DNA from: an uncultured Candidatus Saccharibacteria bacterium
GTDB taxonomy: Bacteria > Patescibacteriota > Dojkabacteria > J137
Length of the DNA stretch: 64,000 bases
Reading direction: 5' to 3'
Assembly: GCA_964607415.1 (NCBI GenBank)
Contig: CAZSKK010000001.1
Span: forward strand, 333,469-397,468
This document shows, in pieces, positions 53,668-62,582 of this stretch. A program made the translations under genes and the position numbers. The notes beneath the pieces are model-generated. The model had not been told where the DNA came from. It worked only from the letters and a program-made list of their open reading frames with translations, and did not search any database. Positions within the stretch are counted from its first letter, which is position 1; the number at the start of each line of letters is the position of its first letter.

Positions 53668-55464
53668 TCACACTGAAAAATCACCTAGAATTGGATTAAC
53701 CGCATCAACTAAATCTTTAGCCTTCATTTCAATTGAGCAGGTTCTTTTGCCACAGTTAAAGTCAACTGTTTCGTTATTTAAAATCTTTTCATCAAAATAC
53801 GTTTTTAAGCCTAAAAGATTCCCTAGTGGAGGAACTCCACCAACTTGAATTCCAAATTTTTCTAAAATCACTTCTGGTTTTTCAAATTCAATTGCTTCTC
53901 CCAAAATTTCTTTTGCTTTAGTCATATCTAGTTTTAAGTGAGCTGGCATTACAAACATAAAGTTCTCGCTAGATTTCTTGCCTTTAACAATTAGAGCCTT
54001 AGCTCCTTCTTCAATTTTGGTTCCTCTAACTCTACTTGCATCTTCACTTGTTACAACTTCTTCATGTTCATCGTATTCATATTTAAAACCAAATTTATCT
54101 AAATGTTTTTTTATTTGCTCTGTAACATCAATATTTTTGTTGAATTTTCTTTTGATTGGAACACCAGCAATTCGCTTTGTGTCTGATGGGAACAAAACTG
54201 TCTCTCTGATATTTTCTAAACCTAGAAGCTGTAGAGTAAATCTTTCAAGGCCAATCCCAAACCCTCCATGTTTTGGCATACCGTATTTGAATATTGATAG
54301 ATAATCCGTAAAATCTTCCGGATTTAAACCCTTCATTTTTAAACTTTCTACCAAATCATCGTATTTATCAATTCTTTGGCCTCCACTTGAAACTTCAGTT
54401 CCATTACAAATTAAATCCCCGTAGTTACAAACCAGTGGATTTTCTTCATTTGGTTTTGCATAAAATGCACATTTTGTTCTTGGGAAGTGAGTAACAAAAA
54501 TAAAATCAATTCCAAATTTTTCTTTAGCATATTTACATATAAATCTTTCCGCATCAGGCGAAAGATCATTTTCATTTCTTTCATCTTTGCCTGTTGCTTC
54601 AAAATATAGTTCTAGTGCTTCTTTTAATGTAACTTTTGGAATTGTAATCTCATCTTTAAGAGTTGCAAAATTAGGAAAGAGTTTAATTTCTTCAGCACAT
54701 TTTTCCAGAACTTTTTTATACATTGCTTTAATTACTTTTTCCTCCCACTCCAAAACTTCATCAAATTTTTCAATAAATCCAACTTCAAATTCAAACTGAG
54801 TTGCTTCTGTAATATGTCTTCTGGTATTTGATTTTTCAGCTCTAAAGCACTTCAAAGTTCCAAAAACTCTTTCAAAAACACCAACCATCATTTGTTTATA
54901 TAGTTGGTTTGATTGAGCTAATTTTGCTTCAACACCAAAGTAATCGACAGTAAAAAGTTCTGCCCCACCCTCACTTGAAGCTCCAATAATGGCAGGTCCC
55001 ATAAACTCTGTAAATCCTTGAGATATAAGATATTCTCTATATCCTTCTAAAATTGCAGCTTGAATCTTAAAAACTGCACTGATTTTTTCATTCCTTAAAG
55101 TTAGCGGTCTATAATCTAAAATTGTATCAATGTGAGCATTAATTTCTGGTTTATTAACTTCAACAGGCCAAGGTTCCGTTATAGCATTTTCAATTGTAAT
55201 TTCAGGATTAGTGATTTCAAAACCAAGCTCTGCTTGTGAATTTTCTTTTACAATTCCAAAAATTTTTATAATTGATCCAGGCTGAAGTGTACTTAAATTT
55301 TTTATATCATCCGCATTTTCAACAAAAACCTGAACCAAACCGCCTCTATCTCTTAAAATTAAAAAAGCAATTTTTCCAAGTTTCCTAAAGTTATGTAACC
55401 AACCTTTTATATAGACTTTTTCGCCCACTTTTTCTTGGCACTCAGTAGATATTATTCGTTCCAC
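53668..55464 (-). CDS. aspS: Archaeal/eukaryal-type aspartyl-tRNA synthetase fused to a C-terminal YbaK/ProX-like aminoacyl-tRNA deacylase domain
   Basis: 598 aa. N-terminal OB fold. Motif 2 is FRAEKSNTRRHITEATQFEFEVGF. Motif 3 is SSGGQRIDKYDDLVESLKMKGLNPEDFTDYLSIFKYGMPKHGGFGIGLER...LFPSD (compare archaeal AspRS GMPPHGGFGLG...FPRD). An extra ~150-aa C-terminal domain has ALIVKGKKS..FMFVMPAHLKLDMTKAKEILG, FGIQVGGVPPLGN and FNCGKRTCSIEMKAKDL, matching the YbaK blocks (YKTLLV.., GYLVGGISPLG, VSGGKRGLDIEL). Confidence 0.75.
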   Translation of the reverse strand: MERIISTECQEKVGEKVYIKGWLHNFRKLGKIAFLILRDRGGLVQVFVENADDIKNLSTLQPGSIIKIFGIVKENSQAELGFEITNPEITIENAITEPWPVEVNKPEINAHIDTILDYRPLTLRNEKISAVFKIQAAILEGYREYLISQGFTEFMGPAIIGASSEGGAELFTVDYFGVEAKLAQSNQLYKQMMVGVFERVFGTLKCFRAEKSNTRRHITEATQFEFEVGFIEKFDEVLEWEEKVIKAMYKKVLEKCAEEIKLFPNFATLKDEITIPKVTLKEALELYFEATGKDERNENDLSPDAERFICKYAKEKFGIDFIFVTHFPRTKCAFYAKPNEENPLVCNYGDLICNGTEVSSGGQRIDKYDDLVESLKMKGLNPEDFTDYLSIFKYGMPKHGGFGIGLERFTLQLLGLENIRETVLFPSDTKRIAGVPIKRKFNKNIDVTEQIKKHLDKFGFKYEYDEHEEVVTSEDASRVRGTKIEEGAKALIVKGKKSSENFMFVMPAHLKLDMTKAKEILGEAIEFEKPEVILEKFGIQVGGVPPLGNLLGLKTYFDEKILNNETVDFNCGKRTCSIEMKAKDLVDAVNPILGDFSV

Positions 55465-55713
55465 AGTAATATGATTAAATAATAAAGATTATAGATTAAC
55501 GACTAAAGAAAATCTTTAATTTACAAACATCAGTTTTAAAAACTGAGAATTCTTTAAAACTTGTCCTGAACTAGTTTCAGGATTGTACTTTGAAAATTAT
55601 TTTGAATGCTTTGATCTTGATTATTTGGGCTCATTCGTGCTCTTTACCTCTCTACCTTTTCTAAGTATACTATTCAAAGATTATAGCAAAAATGAAAGAA
55701 TAGAAGAGTTAAT

Positions 55714-55825
55714 TTGTTAATTAGTCTCAGGTTAATTAGTAAAATACGAATTAACTTTTTTACTAGTTAACCAATTAACCTATGCAATATAAACTCAAAA
55801 CCCTTAACCCGTTAACTCTTAAACT
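55714..55825. promoter_or_regulatory. Conserved AT-rich operator-like motif, copy 2
   Basis: tttgttaattagtctcaggttaattagtaaaatacgaattaacttttttactagttaaccaattaacc...cccgttaactc, upstream of the gene at 55832. Confidence 0.45.
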
Positions 55826-55831
55826 TTTCAT

Positions 55832-56581
55832 ATGAATGATGCACAAATTACAGACCAGGAATTTAAGAAATATATAAAAAGACTTGTAAATATTAATCGA
55901 AAAAGAAATGTTGCCTTCAGGGGACTTATTAATGGGGTTTTTACAGCCATCGGAGCGACCTTGGGATTTGCTATTGTGCTTGTAATAACCGCCCAACTTC
56001 TTTCAAGTTTAAGGCAAGTGAGCATAATCGATCAATTTTTAAGCGAAACTAAACTTGATGTTTTAATCGAATCTCAACTTAAGCAAATCCAGCAAGAAGA
56101 ATTAAAACAAGAAGAAAATTCCGAGGAAGGCACAAATGATAATAAAGATACAAATTCAGAAGACCAACCTTATTATTTGAGTTATGAAAATAAGGCTCTG
56201 GATTTAACTTTCAACTATCCTGCCAGTCTTACAAATTTTAGTGAGTATGATATTAATTCTACAAACAGCAATGATTCTTTTATCCTTTCTTTTGAAGGAT
56301 TCGGAATCATAAAAAGTCTTGTTGTTTATATTAACCCTGACAGTGTTGATTTAATAGGAAGCTCGCAAAGTTATGATGTAGAATCAACTTTGGAAGAAAA
56401 ATCGAAAGTCCTTATTTATGAAAAAGGTGCAACAGTAAATGGTGACGAAGTATCTGACCCTGTTTTATACTTCAAGTTCACCAAAGGGGCTAACAATTTT
56501 TATATGATTGCTAAAGCTGACAGTTCAACACCTAAGATAGCAAGAGAGATTTTCTTAACAGTTGCTGAGAGTATAAGATAG
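55832..56581 (+). CDS. Hypothetical N-terminally anchored exported protein
   Basis: TM FTAIGATLGFAIVLVITAQLL, then an acidic hydrophilic domain. Confidence 0.4.
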   Translation: MNDAQITDQEFKKYIKRLVNINRKRNVAFRGLINGVFTAIGATLGFAIVLVITAQLLSSLRQVSIIDQFLSETKLDVLIESQLKQIQQEELKQEENSEEGTNDNKDTNSEDQPYYLSYENKALDLTFNYPASLTNFSEYDINSTNSNDSFILSFEGFGIIKSLVVYINPDSVDLIGSSQSYDVESTLEEKSKVLIYEKGATVNGDEVSDPVLYFKFTKGANNFYMIAKADSSTPKIAREIFLTVAESIR

Positions 56582-56744
56582 GCTACAAGCGCGACTCAGG
56601 TTAAAGGTTTGTGCAGTATGAGTCACGATATGTCGGGAATTGCAATACAAATCCGTCAACATCATGTGTCTACTTCGAATTTTTTCGAAGTGACAGTAAT
56701 TAAGAAATTTTTTCTTATTATGCCTTGTTCCTTATACCTTACTT

Positions 56745-57518
56745 TTATTTCACCTTCTTAACCTCTCCACTTCCTGAAATATTCTGGCTGAAATTATCAG
56801 GATCACCTTTGTAGGAGATTTTCCCACTACCTGAAATATTTATATCTAACTTCTTTTCGGCTGAAATTTCTGCTTCAGCTGAACCACTTACATCTATTTC
56901 CGTTTCTTTTGTCTCTAAGTCTAATGCTAAATATTTTCCGGATCCACTTATATTTATGTCTTGTTTATCTGCAACTCCAAAAAGTGTAAGTTCACCGCTA
57001 CCACTAATATCGACATTAAGCTCTTTTATTTTTACCTCCAACTCGACGACTCCGGACCCGTTAATATCAACTTTTAGCTTATCTGTATTTAAAACGTAGT
57101 TATTTGCACCCTTAAAACTAGCCGAGCCATTAACTTTTAGCTCTTCTAAATCTGTGGTTGTTATTTTTATTCTGATTTTGTCCGATGGTTTATAGTTCTT
57201 TGAAAAAATCATTGCTATGTCATTTTTGAAATCGATAACAAGTCTTCTTCCTGAAACATTAGCTTCTATTCCTTTGATAATATTATCATCTGATTCAATT
57301 TCAATTTTTTCTTTCGAACCTTCTTCAATAACAACTTCCGCTGGTATATTAACAGTAACCTTTCTAAAAATCTTAAGATTTCTTGATTCAGACTCTATAA
57401 TTCCTGAACCTTTAACAGTATTAGCTTTAGAATAAATATAAAGTCCAAAAACTACTGCAGAAAGAAGAAAACAAAAAATACTTAAAAGTACTATTAAAAC
57501 AATGCTGACTTTTTTCAT
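56745..57518 (-). CDS. Exported repeat protein (DUF2807 / putative adhesin head-like beta-helix repeats)
   Basis: N-terminal TM. Repeated units are I-x-(I/V)SGSG-x-(L/V), including DINISGSGKYLAL, DISGSGELTLFG, IDVSGSAEAEISA, INGSGVVELEV and DINISGSGKISYKG. Confidence 0.45.
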   Translation of the reverse strand: MKKVSIVLIVLLSIFCFLLSAVVFGLYIYSKANTVKGSGIIESESRNLKIFRKVTVNIPAEVVIEEGSKEKIEIESDDNIIKGIEANVSGRRLVIDFKNDIAMIFSKNYKPSDKIRIKITTTDLEELKVNGSASFKGANNYVLNTDKLKVDINGSGVVELEVKIKELNVDISGSGELTLFGVADKQDINISGSGKYLALDLETKETEIDVSGSAEAEISAEKKLDINISGSGKISYKGDPDNFSQNISGSGEVKKVK

Positions 57519-57906
57519 ACTGAAAGTATTGATAATAACTAGAATGTAGTATTAGTATAGAATATAGACAAATTTAAAGCAATTTGAGGTCAATCTGAAG
57601 TATAAAGCTAGAAATCTTTAGCTTTAGGCATTGGGTTTTAGTTTTGTTGCTTGGGGCCCCTTGCAACAGTTCAACAAGATTGTATTTTTTATGGTTCGCG
57701 TACATCTTCAACCTTGTTTTGAACTTACAAATGTTAACAATTACAAAAAATCTGGTCAATGAAATTGTGAAGAGAATATGATATGTTTAAACTAGATTGG
57801 CTATATTAGCATTATATTGTAATAAGCCGTCATCATGAATTCATTTCAGGATCTTGCGTTAATCCAAAAAATGCCATACCAAGTTTAGCATGGTGTCTTT
57901 CTTTTG

Positions 57907-59931
57907 TTAGTACTTTCTCAAACTTTCAATACTTGTTTGTTCTGGAGCTACTTTTCTTTCAACTTGAACTGGTTTTTGATTTGTATACAAAGGCATTCCA
58001 AAACTAAATACACTGCCTTCCCCGACTTTACTTTGAACATCTAAAATTCCTTCCATTATCCTTATAAGATTGAATGAAACGTAAAGTCCTAGACCGGTAC
58101 CACCTGGTCTCACAATTGATGCTGGATCGCCTGGATCTCCTGTATACTGCTTTGCACGAAAGAACTTTCTTCCAAGCTTTTTTAAATCCTGCTCATCAAT
58201 ACCGATCCCAGAATCTCTAACATGCACCCAACCAAAGTTATCCTTAACTTCAACAGATATTTCTACAAAACCTTTAGGAGTGTATTTAATTGCGTTTCCA
58301 ATAAAGTTATCTGCAACTTCTTGAATTCTTGTTCTATCGCAGTAAACAAATACGTCCTTTTCTGGCTTTTGATACTTAATTTCAAGGCCTCGCTTAATTG
58401 CTTGACCTTTTAAAGCTTCCAACGAATCATTAATAACATCCAAAAGATCAACCTTTTCAATAGCCAATTGAAAGCCTTTGCTGTCTGCTTTTGTTGCAGA
58501 AAGAAGTGTTTCAATAAGGTTAATTTCTCGTTTTGCAGATTCAATTGCTGCATCTACATATTTTTGTTGTTTATCTAAAGGAATAGAACCTTCCTTTTTT
58601 AAGTGAAGCTCCATCATGCCTAAAGCATTTCTAACAATAGACATTGGAGTTCGAAGTTCATGTCCCATAATGTCAATCATATCCCGTTCACGCTCGCGGG
58701 CAATTTGAAGTTCGCTTAGTGCTATCTCCAGATTATTTTTAACTCTTTCAACTTCTGTAAATAATCTTGCATTTTCTAGTGCAATACCAATTTGAGTTGT
58801 ATATGTTTGCAATAGTTGCTTTTGATTTTCTTCCAATTCTTCAGACCCTTTATCCTTTATCAGATAACCTATTGTTCCTACAATTCTGCCCCTAGAAAAT
58901 ACTGGATACACTGCTATGGATTTTACGTTTATAATTCTAAGAAGTGGTGTTATCAATGTTTTTGGAATTGGTGGTGAAAAAGCATTTATAAGGTCATTAG
59001 AAAACTGCGGTTCCCCTGAAAGGATAGCTTTCACAGTAGGCGTTCCAACTGCAGCTGGGTCTTTTACAAAAGTTTCATATTTTTTAAAGTCTCCCAGTAA
59101 ATTTCTTGCAGCATCTGAAATTCTGTTTCTTGTTAATGCTTTGACTGTAATTGAACCTTCTAAAGAGTCGTAATCAGTAAGAATACCACCTATCATCATT
59201 TGATCTTGTGGCAAAGAATCAACAGCAGTTTGACTTACTACATCAGGATCCAATGATTTACTGATTTGAGAAGTTAGGTTGTAGAGGGAGGCAAGTTCAT
59301 TTGCCTTCAAACGTATAGTATGGAGCTGATTATTTTTTTCTTCGAAAGATTGAGCATTGAAAATGGCGATTGCAACTTGAGATGAATAGATTTTTAATAA
59401 ATCAAAGTCGGAACTAAAAGATTCATCTTTTAGCTTAGTAAACATTATTACACCTAAACAGTCAGTTCTGTATATTAATGGTAATGACACAATTCTTTTT
59501 GTTCTGCTTAGATTCTGCAAAATGTTTGCAACATTAGACGTTATTGTAGGAACAATAAAATCTGCAAGATTCTCAGATTCCTTAATTTCTTTGTCTAAAA
59601 ATGTTCTAACAATAAAGTTGGATTTTTCTGCAATAGAAACATTAAGACTATCAAATGATCCACCAATAAGCCTTTTCGTAAGCAAGTTATTAATAGCCTT
59701 ATTAGTAAATGTCTTACTATAAATTTTTTGCGCTTTATCATTATATAAAAAAACTACCGCACTATCATACTTCAGTTTATTTACAATTATATCCACAGAC
59801 TTTTGTAATATTTCGTCAAGGCTTAAGCTAGTACCTATCAAATTGCCAACGTCAATAACAGCAGCGTACTTAGACTGAACAATCTGGGTGTCCATTTGAC
59901 TATTTGTTATTGTTTTTCTAGAACCAAACAT
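57907..59931 (-). CDS. Cytoplasmic sensor histidine kinase with tandem GAF-like domains
   Basis: 674 aa. H-box MGHELRTPMSIV and HATPase_c (VRDSGIGIDEQ, GGTGLGLYV). No TM segments. Confidence 0.8.
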   Translation of the reverse strand: MFGSRKTITNSQMDTQIVQSKYAAVIDVGNLIGTSLSLDEILQKSVDIIVNKLKYDSAVVFLYNDKAQKIYSKTFTNKAINNLLTKRLIGGSFDSLNVSIAEKSNFIVRTFLDKEIKESENLADFIVPTITSNVANILQNLSRTKRIVSLPLIYRTDCLGVIMFTKLKDESFSSDFDLLKIYSSQVAIAIFNAQSFEEKNNQLHTIRLKANELASLYNLTSQISKSLDPDVVSQTAVDSLPQDQMMIGGILTDYDSLEGSITVKALTRNRISDAARNLLGDFKKYETFVKDPAAVGTPTVKAILSGEPQFSNDLINAFSPPIPKTLITPLLRIINVKSIAVYPVFSRGRIVGTIGYLIKDKGSEELEENQKQLLQTYTTQIGIALENARLFTEVERVKNNLEIALSELQIARERERDMIDIMGHELRTPMSIVRNALGMMELHLKKEGSIPLDKQQKYVDAAIESAKREINLIETLLSATKADSKGFQLAIEKVDLLDVINDSLEALKGQAIKRGLEIKYQKPEKDVFVYCDRTRIQEVADNFIGNAIKYTPKGFVEISVEVKDNFGWVHVRDSGIGIDEQDLKKLGRKFFRAKQYTGDPGDPASIVRPGGTGLGLYVSFNLIRIMEGILDVQSKVGEGSVFSFGMPLYTNQKPVQVERKVAPEQTSIESLRKY

Positions 59932-61081
59932 TAATATTACTTCCTTTAACTATAAGAATGAGTTCGCTAAGCAATTTTTGAATATCTCCAGAGAGATTCT
60001 GTTCTAATAACAATAATATATAGAAATTTAGTACATATTCTAATATACTATCAAACTTTTCTATTTCATCAAAACTTTTAAAATCATCAATTATAGTATT
60101 AATGATCTTTTTAAATAAAGTGCATACTGCTTCCTCACCCCGTGTAAAGGTATTTAGATCATTATTGAACTTACCATCAAATACCTCTGAAAAAAGGTTA
60201 GTATCGTTTCTATCTTTATCTTGTTCATAATCAAGCATGTCATCTAGTAACACATTTAATATTCCTACACCTCTAAATGCCATAATCAGATGACTTAAGA
60301 CCTCGTAATTACTTAGCTCATTCAATTCCATATAAACAAATAGTGGAACTAGAAAACTTATGCTATCTCCTAGGAATTGAAACCAAAGCTCATGACTTTT
60401 AACCCAACCAGGAACACTTTTCCAAGATGTATTATCATATTGAAATGTAGTTTCTCTAAGCTTAATTTTTAAGGACTGCTTTTCAGATTCATCCCTAACA
60501 TGGTCAAGAGCTATAAATGTGTAATATTCAGTAAGTCTTTTATCAACAACTTCTAGTGTTTTTGTATCCATCGGTTTCTTGATATTAATAAGGTCTCTAA
60601 ACCTTATCCCTAATTTCTTGTATAAGTCATTCCAACCATTAAGAATCTGGCTTTCAAGTTGAGAATAATTTTTATTAGGGAAAATACTTTGTTGATCACC
60701 ATATAATATATTGCTTTTCATCGCTTCAAAAATGTAGAGTTGGTCATCCATATTACGTAACATTTCAATTTCACTTAGAGTATCCGCAAAGTCTACTTGG
60801 GTAAATTCTAAAATTGCAATTGCCTCTATGGTTTCCCTTTTTAACTTTTTCCCTTTTTTATATTTTTCTAATACGCTTTGAAAGTAGATAAGCGCTGCTA
60901 CAGTATGAAGTTTTTTTAACTGTACTAAATTCAATATATTCTGTTCATCGCCTAGAGCATTACTGGCAAGAGCTTTAGATTTAAGCTCTGCTGTAAATGT
61001 TTCACTTATGAAAATGTCTACCTTATCACTATAGTAGAAGTAGTGTTTGGAGCTAAGAATTTTTTCTAAAGTTTGGTTCAT
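59918..61081 (-). CDS. Hypothetical all-alpha protein (operon partner of the GAF kinase)
   Basis: 387 aa. It overlaps the kinase start by 14 nt and the regulator stop by 4 nt. It contains LLDDMLDYEQDKD; no family recognised. Confidence 0.4.
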   Translation of the reverse strand: MNQTLEKILSSKHYFYYSDKVDIFISETFTAELKSKALASNALGDEQNILNLVQLKKLHTVAALIYFQSVLEKYKKGKKLKRETIEAIAILEFTQVDFADTLSEIEMLRNMDDQLYIFEAMKSNILYGDQQSIFPNKNYSQLESQILNGWNDLYKKLGIRFRDLINIKKPMDTKTLEVVDKRLTEYYTFIALDHVRDESEKQSLKIKLRETTFQYDNTSWKSVPGWVKSHELWFQFLGDSISFLVPLFVYMELNELSNYEVLSHLIMAFRGVGILNVLLDDMLDYEQDKDRNDTNLFSEVFDGKFNNDLNTFTRGEEAVCTLFKKIINTIIDDFKSFDEIEKFDSILEYVLNFYILLLLEQNLSGDIQKLLSELILIVKGSNINVWF

Positions 61082-61839
61082 GTTTTAAGTTTACTAATTG
61101 CTATGGCAACATTTTCTGAAAAAAGTTTTAATGTTTCAAAGTCTGCTTTGAAGTCATCCGTATAAGATTTACCGTAATAAATAGCTCCTATGGATTTATC
61201 ATTTACTACTAACGGGAATGCAATCCCTGTTTTAACTCTTGCAATTCTCTCAAGCACTCGAGCTATATTTTTATTTACCGCAGGAGCTAGAAAATCTTCA
61301 TGTTTATTACTCATTTGATATGTTCTACTTATAATCGCCTTAACCATCAAATTTTTTTCCTCGTTGATCGATACTTTAATCTTTTGAATAGGTTTACCTA
61401 TAATTTTCATAGATAAATCGCTATACCAAGAATTGGTAAATGCTTTTAATACTACGCTATCATCTTCAACTAGAACTATAAAGCTTCCAAGCAAATTTAA
61501 AGTATATGCTATTTCATTTACAGCAACTTGTGCCACCTTCCCAATACTATCATATCTATGAAAAGAATTAATTGTACTAATTATGTTCATAACATATTGT
61601 CTAGTATCAATACCAAAAACTTCTGATGCTTCATTTGCATTTAGTTGCAACATATCAATTATTTTTACGAGAGTTTCCTTCGTTGGGTTCACCTCACCAT
61701 TTTCAATTCTACTAATACTCCCTGGGCTTGCGTCAATTAGGCCTTCCAACTTCATTTGGCTAAGCCCTGCTCTTAAACGGAAGTTGCGGATTTTATTGCC
61801 TAGATCGTAAGTTTTTTGCTGGATTGTGTTGGGTGTCAT
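61078..61839 (-). CDS. XRE-family HTH transcriptional regulator with a C-terminal GAF-like sensor domain
   Basis: The N-terminal HTH is LGNKIRNFRLRAGLSQMKLEGLIDASPGSISRIENGE. The C-terminal ~170 aa are GAF-like. Confidence 0.55.
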   Translation of the reverse strand: MTPNTIQQKTYDLGNKIRNFRLRAGLSQMKLEGLIDASPGSISRIENGEVNPTKETLVKIIDMLQLNANEASEVFGIDTRQYVMNIISTINSFHRYDSIGKVAQVAVNEIAYTLNLLGSFIVLVEDDSVVLKAFTNSWYSDLSMKIIGKPIQKIKVSINEEKNLMVKAIISRTYQMSNKHEDFLAPAVNKNIARVLERIARVKTGIAFPLVVNDKSIGAIYYGKSYTDDFKADFETLKLFSENVAIAISKLKT

Positions 61840-62049
61840 TGTTTGTAAAGATTATATCATTCAATAAATGATAATTACTCGTACTAGATTTTCACCATGG
61901 GTTGGTCTACTTTTAATGAAAAAGTTTTTCATTGGGATTTCATTCGTTATTAGTGATTCGAATTTTGTCATTCCACAAAATGTTTTTGGTAAGTCTACCA
62001 AAAATATTTTGTGGCCGCATTGTATTGCGGTACAAATTTTGAGTGAAAT

Positions 62050-62547
62050 TTATTTTTGAAACTGCTCGTTGAAAGAAATAAGTTCCTCTGAGTTTGATAG
62101 CCAAGGGACTAAGTTAATGAGCTCTTCAGTACTACAAGGTTTTATAAACTTTACTGCGCTCTTATCATCAAGTTTTTCGTTTGTTGAAAGTTTGAGTTCG
62201 CTTGAAGTTTTTTGCAATTTAAGCATAAGCCTCACTTGCAAATATTCTTGTAAACTAAGATTCTGAGGATCATTCTCAATCAAGTAATAACCAAAAAACT
62301 GAAGTTCATCCTTATGGCTTTCAATTTTCAAATTTGTTTCCTCAAAAACTTCACGAATAGCAACCTGATCAATAGATTCGCCTTCTTCTGGATGTCCACC
62401 TGGAAACTGCCATTTATTTCCATCTTTAGAAACTAAAATGATTTTATTATCTTCTGTAACTAGCCAAACATATACTTGAAGCACTTCAATATTTTGATGT
62501 TGCCTGCCGATTTTGTTTGCAGCGAACCATTTCCTTGTTAGTTCCAT
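62050..62547 (-). CDS. NUDIX hydrolase
   Basis: Nudix box GGHPEEGESIDQVAIREVFEETNL. Confidence 0.8.
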   Translation of the reverse strand: MELTRKWFAANKIGRQHQNIEVLQVYVWLVTEDNKIILVSKDGNKWQFPGGHPEEGESIDQVAIREVFEETNLKIESHKDELQFFGYYLIENDPQNLSLQEYLQVRLMLKLQKTSSELKLSTNEKLDDKSAVKFIKPCSTEELINLVPWLSNSEELISFNEQFQK

Positions 62548-62582
62548 AGTTAAAAATTTTATAAAATCTGCATTAATTATTA

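Noticed and set aside
59918-61081. DDMLDYEQD in the 387-aa protein as a terpene-synthase or prenyltransferase DDxxD motif
   Set aside because: The motif is near the C-terminus. The second metal-binding motif (NSE/DTE) is not correctly spaced, and the approximate NDLNTFTRGE is only ~25 residues away rather than ~140. The motif is probably coincidental.
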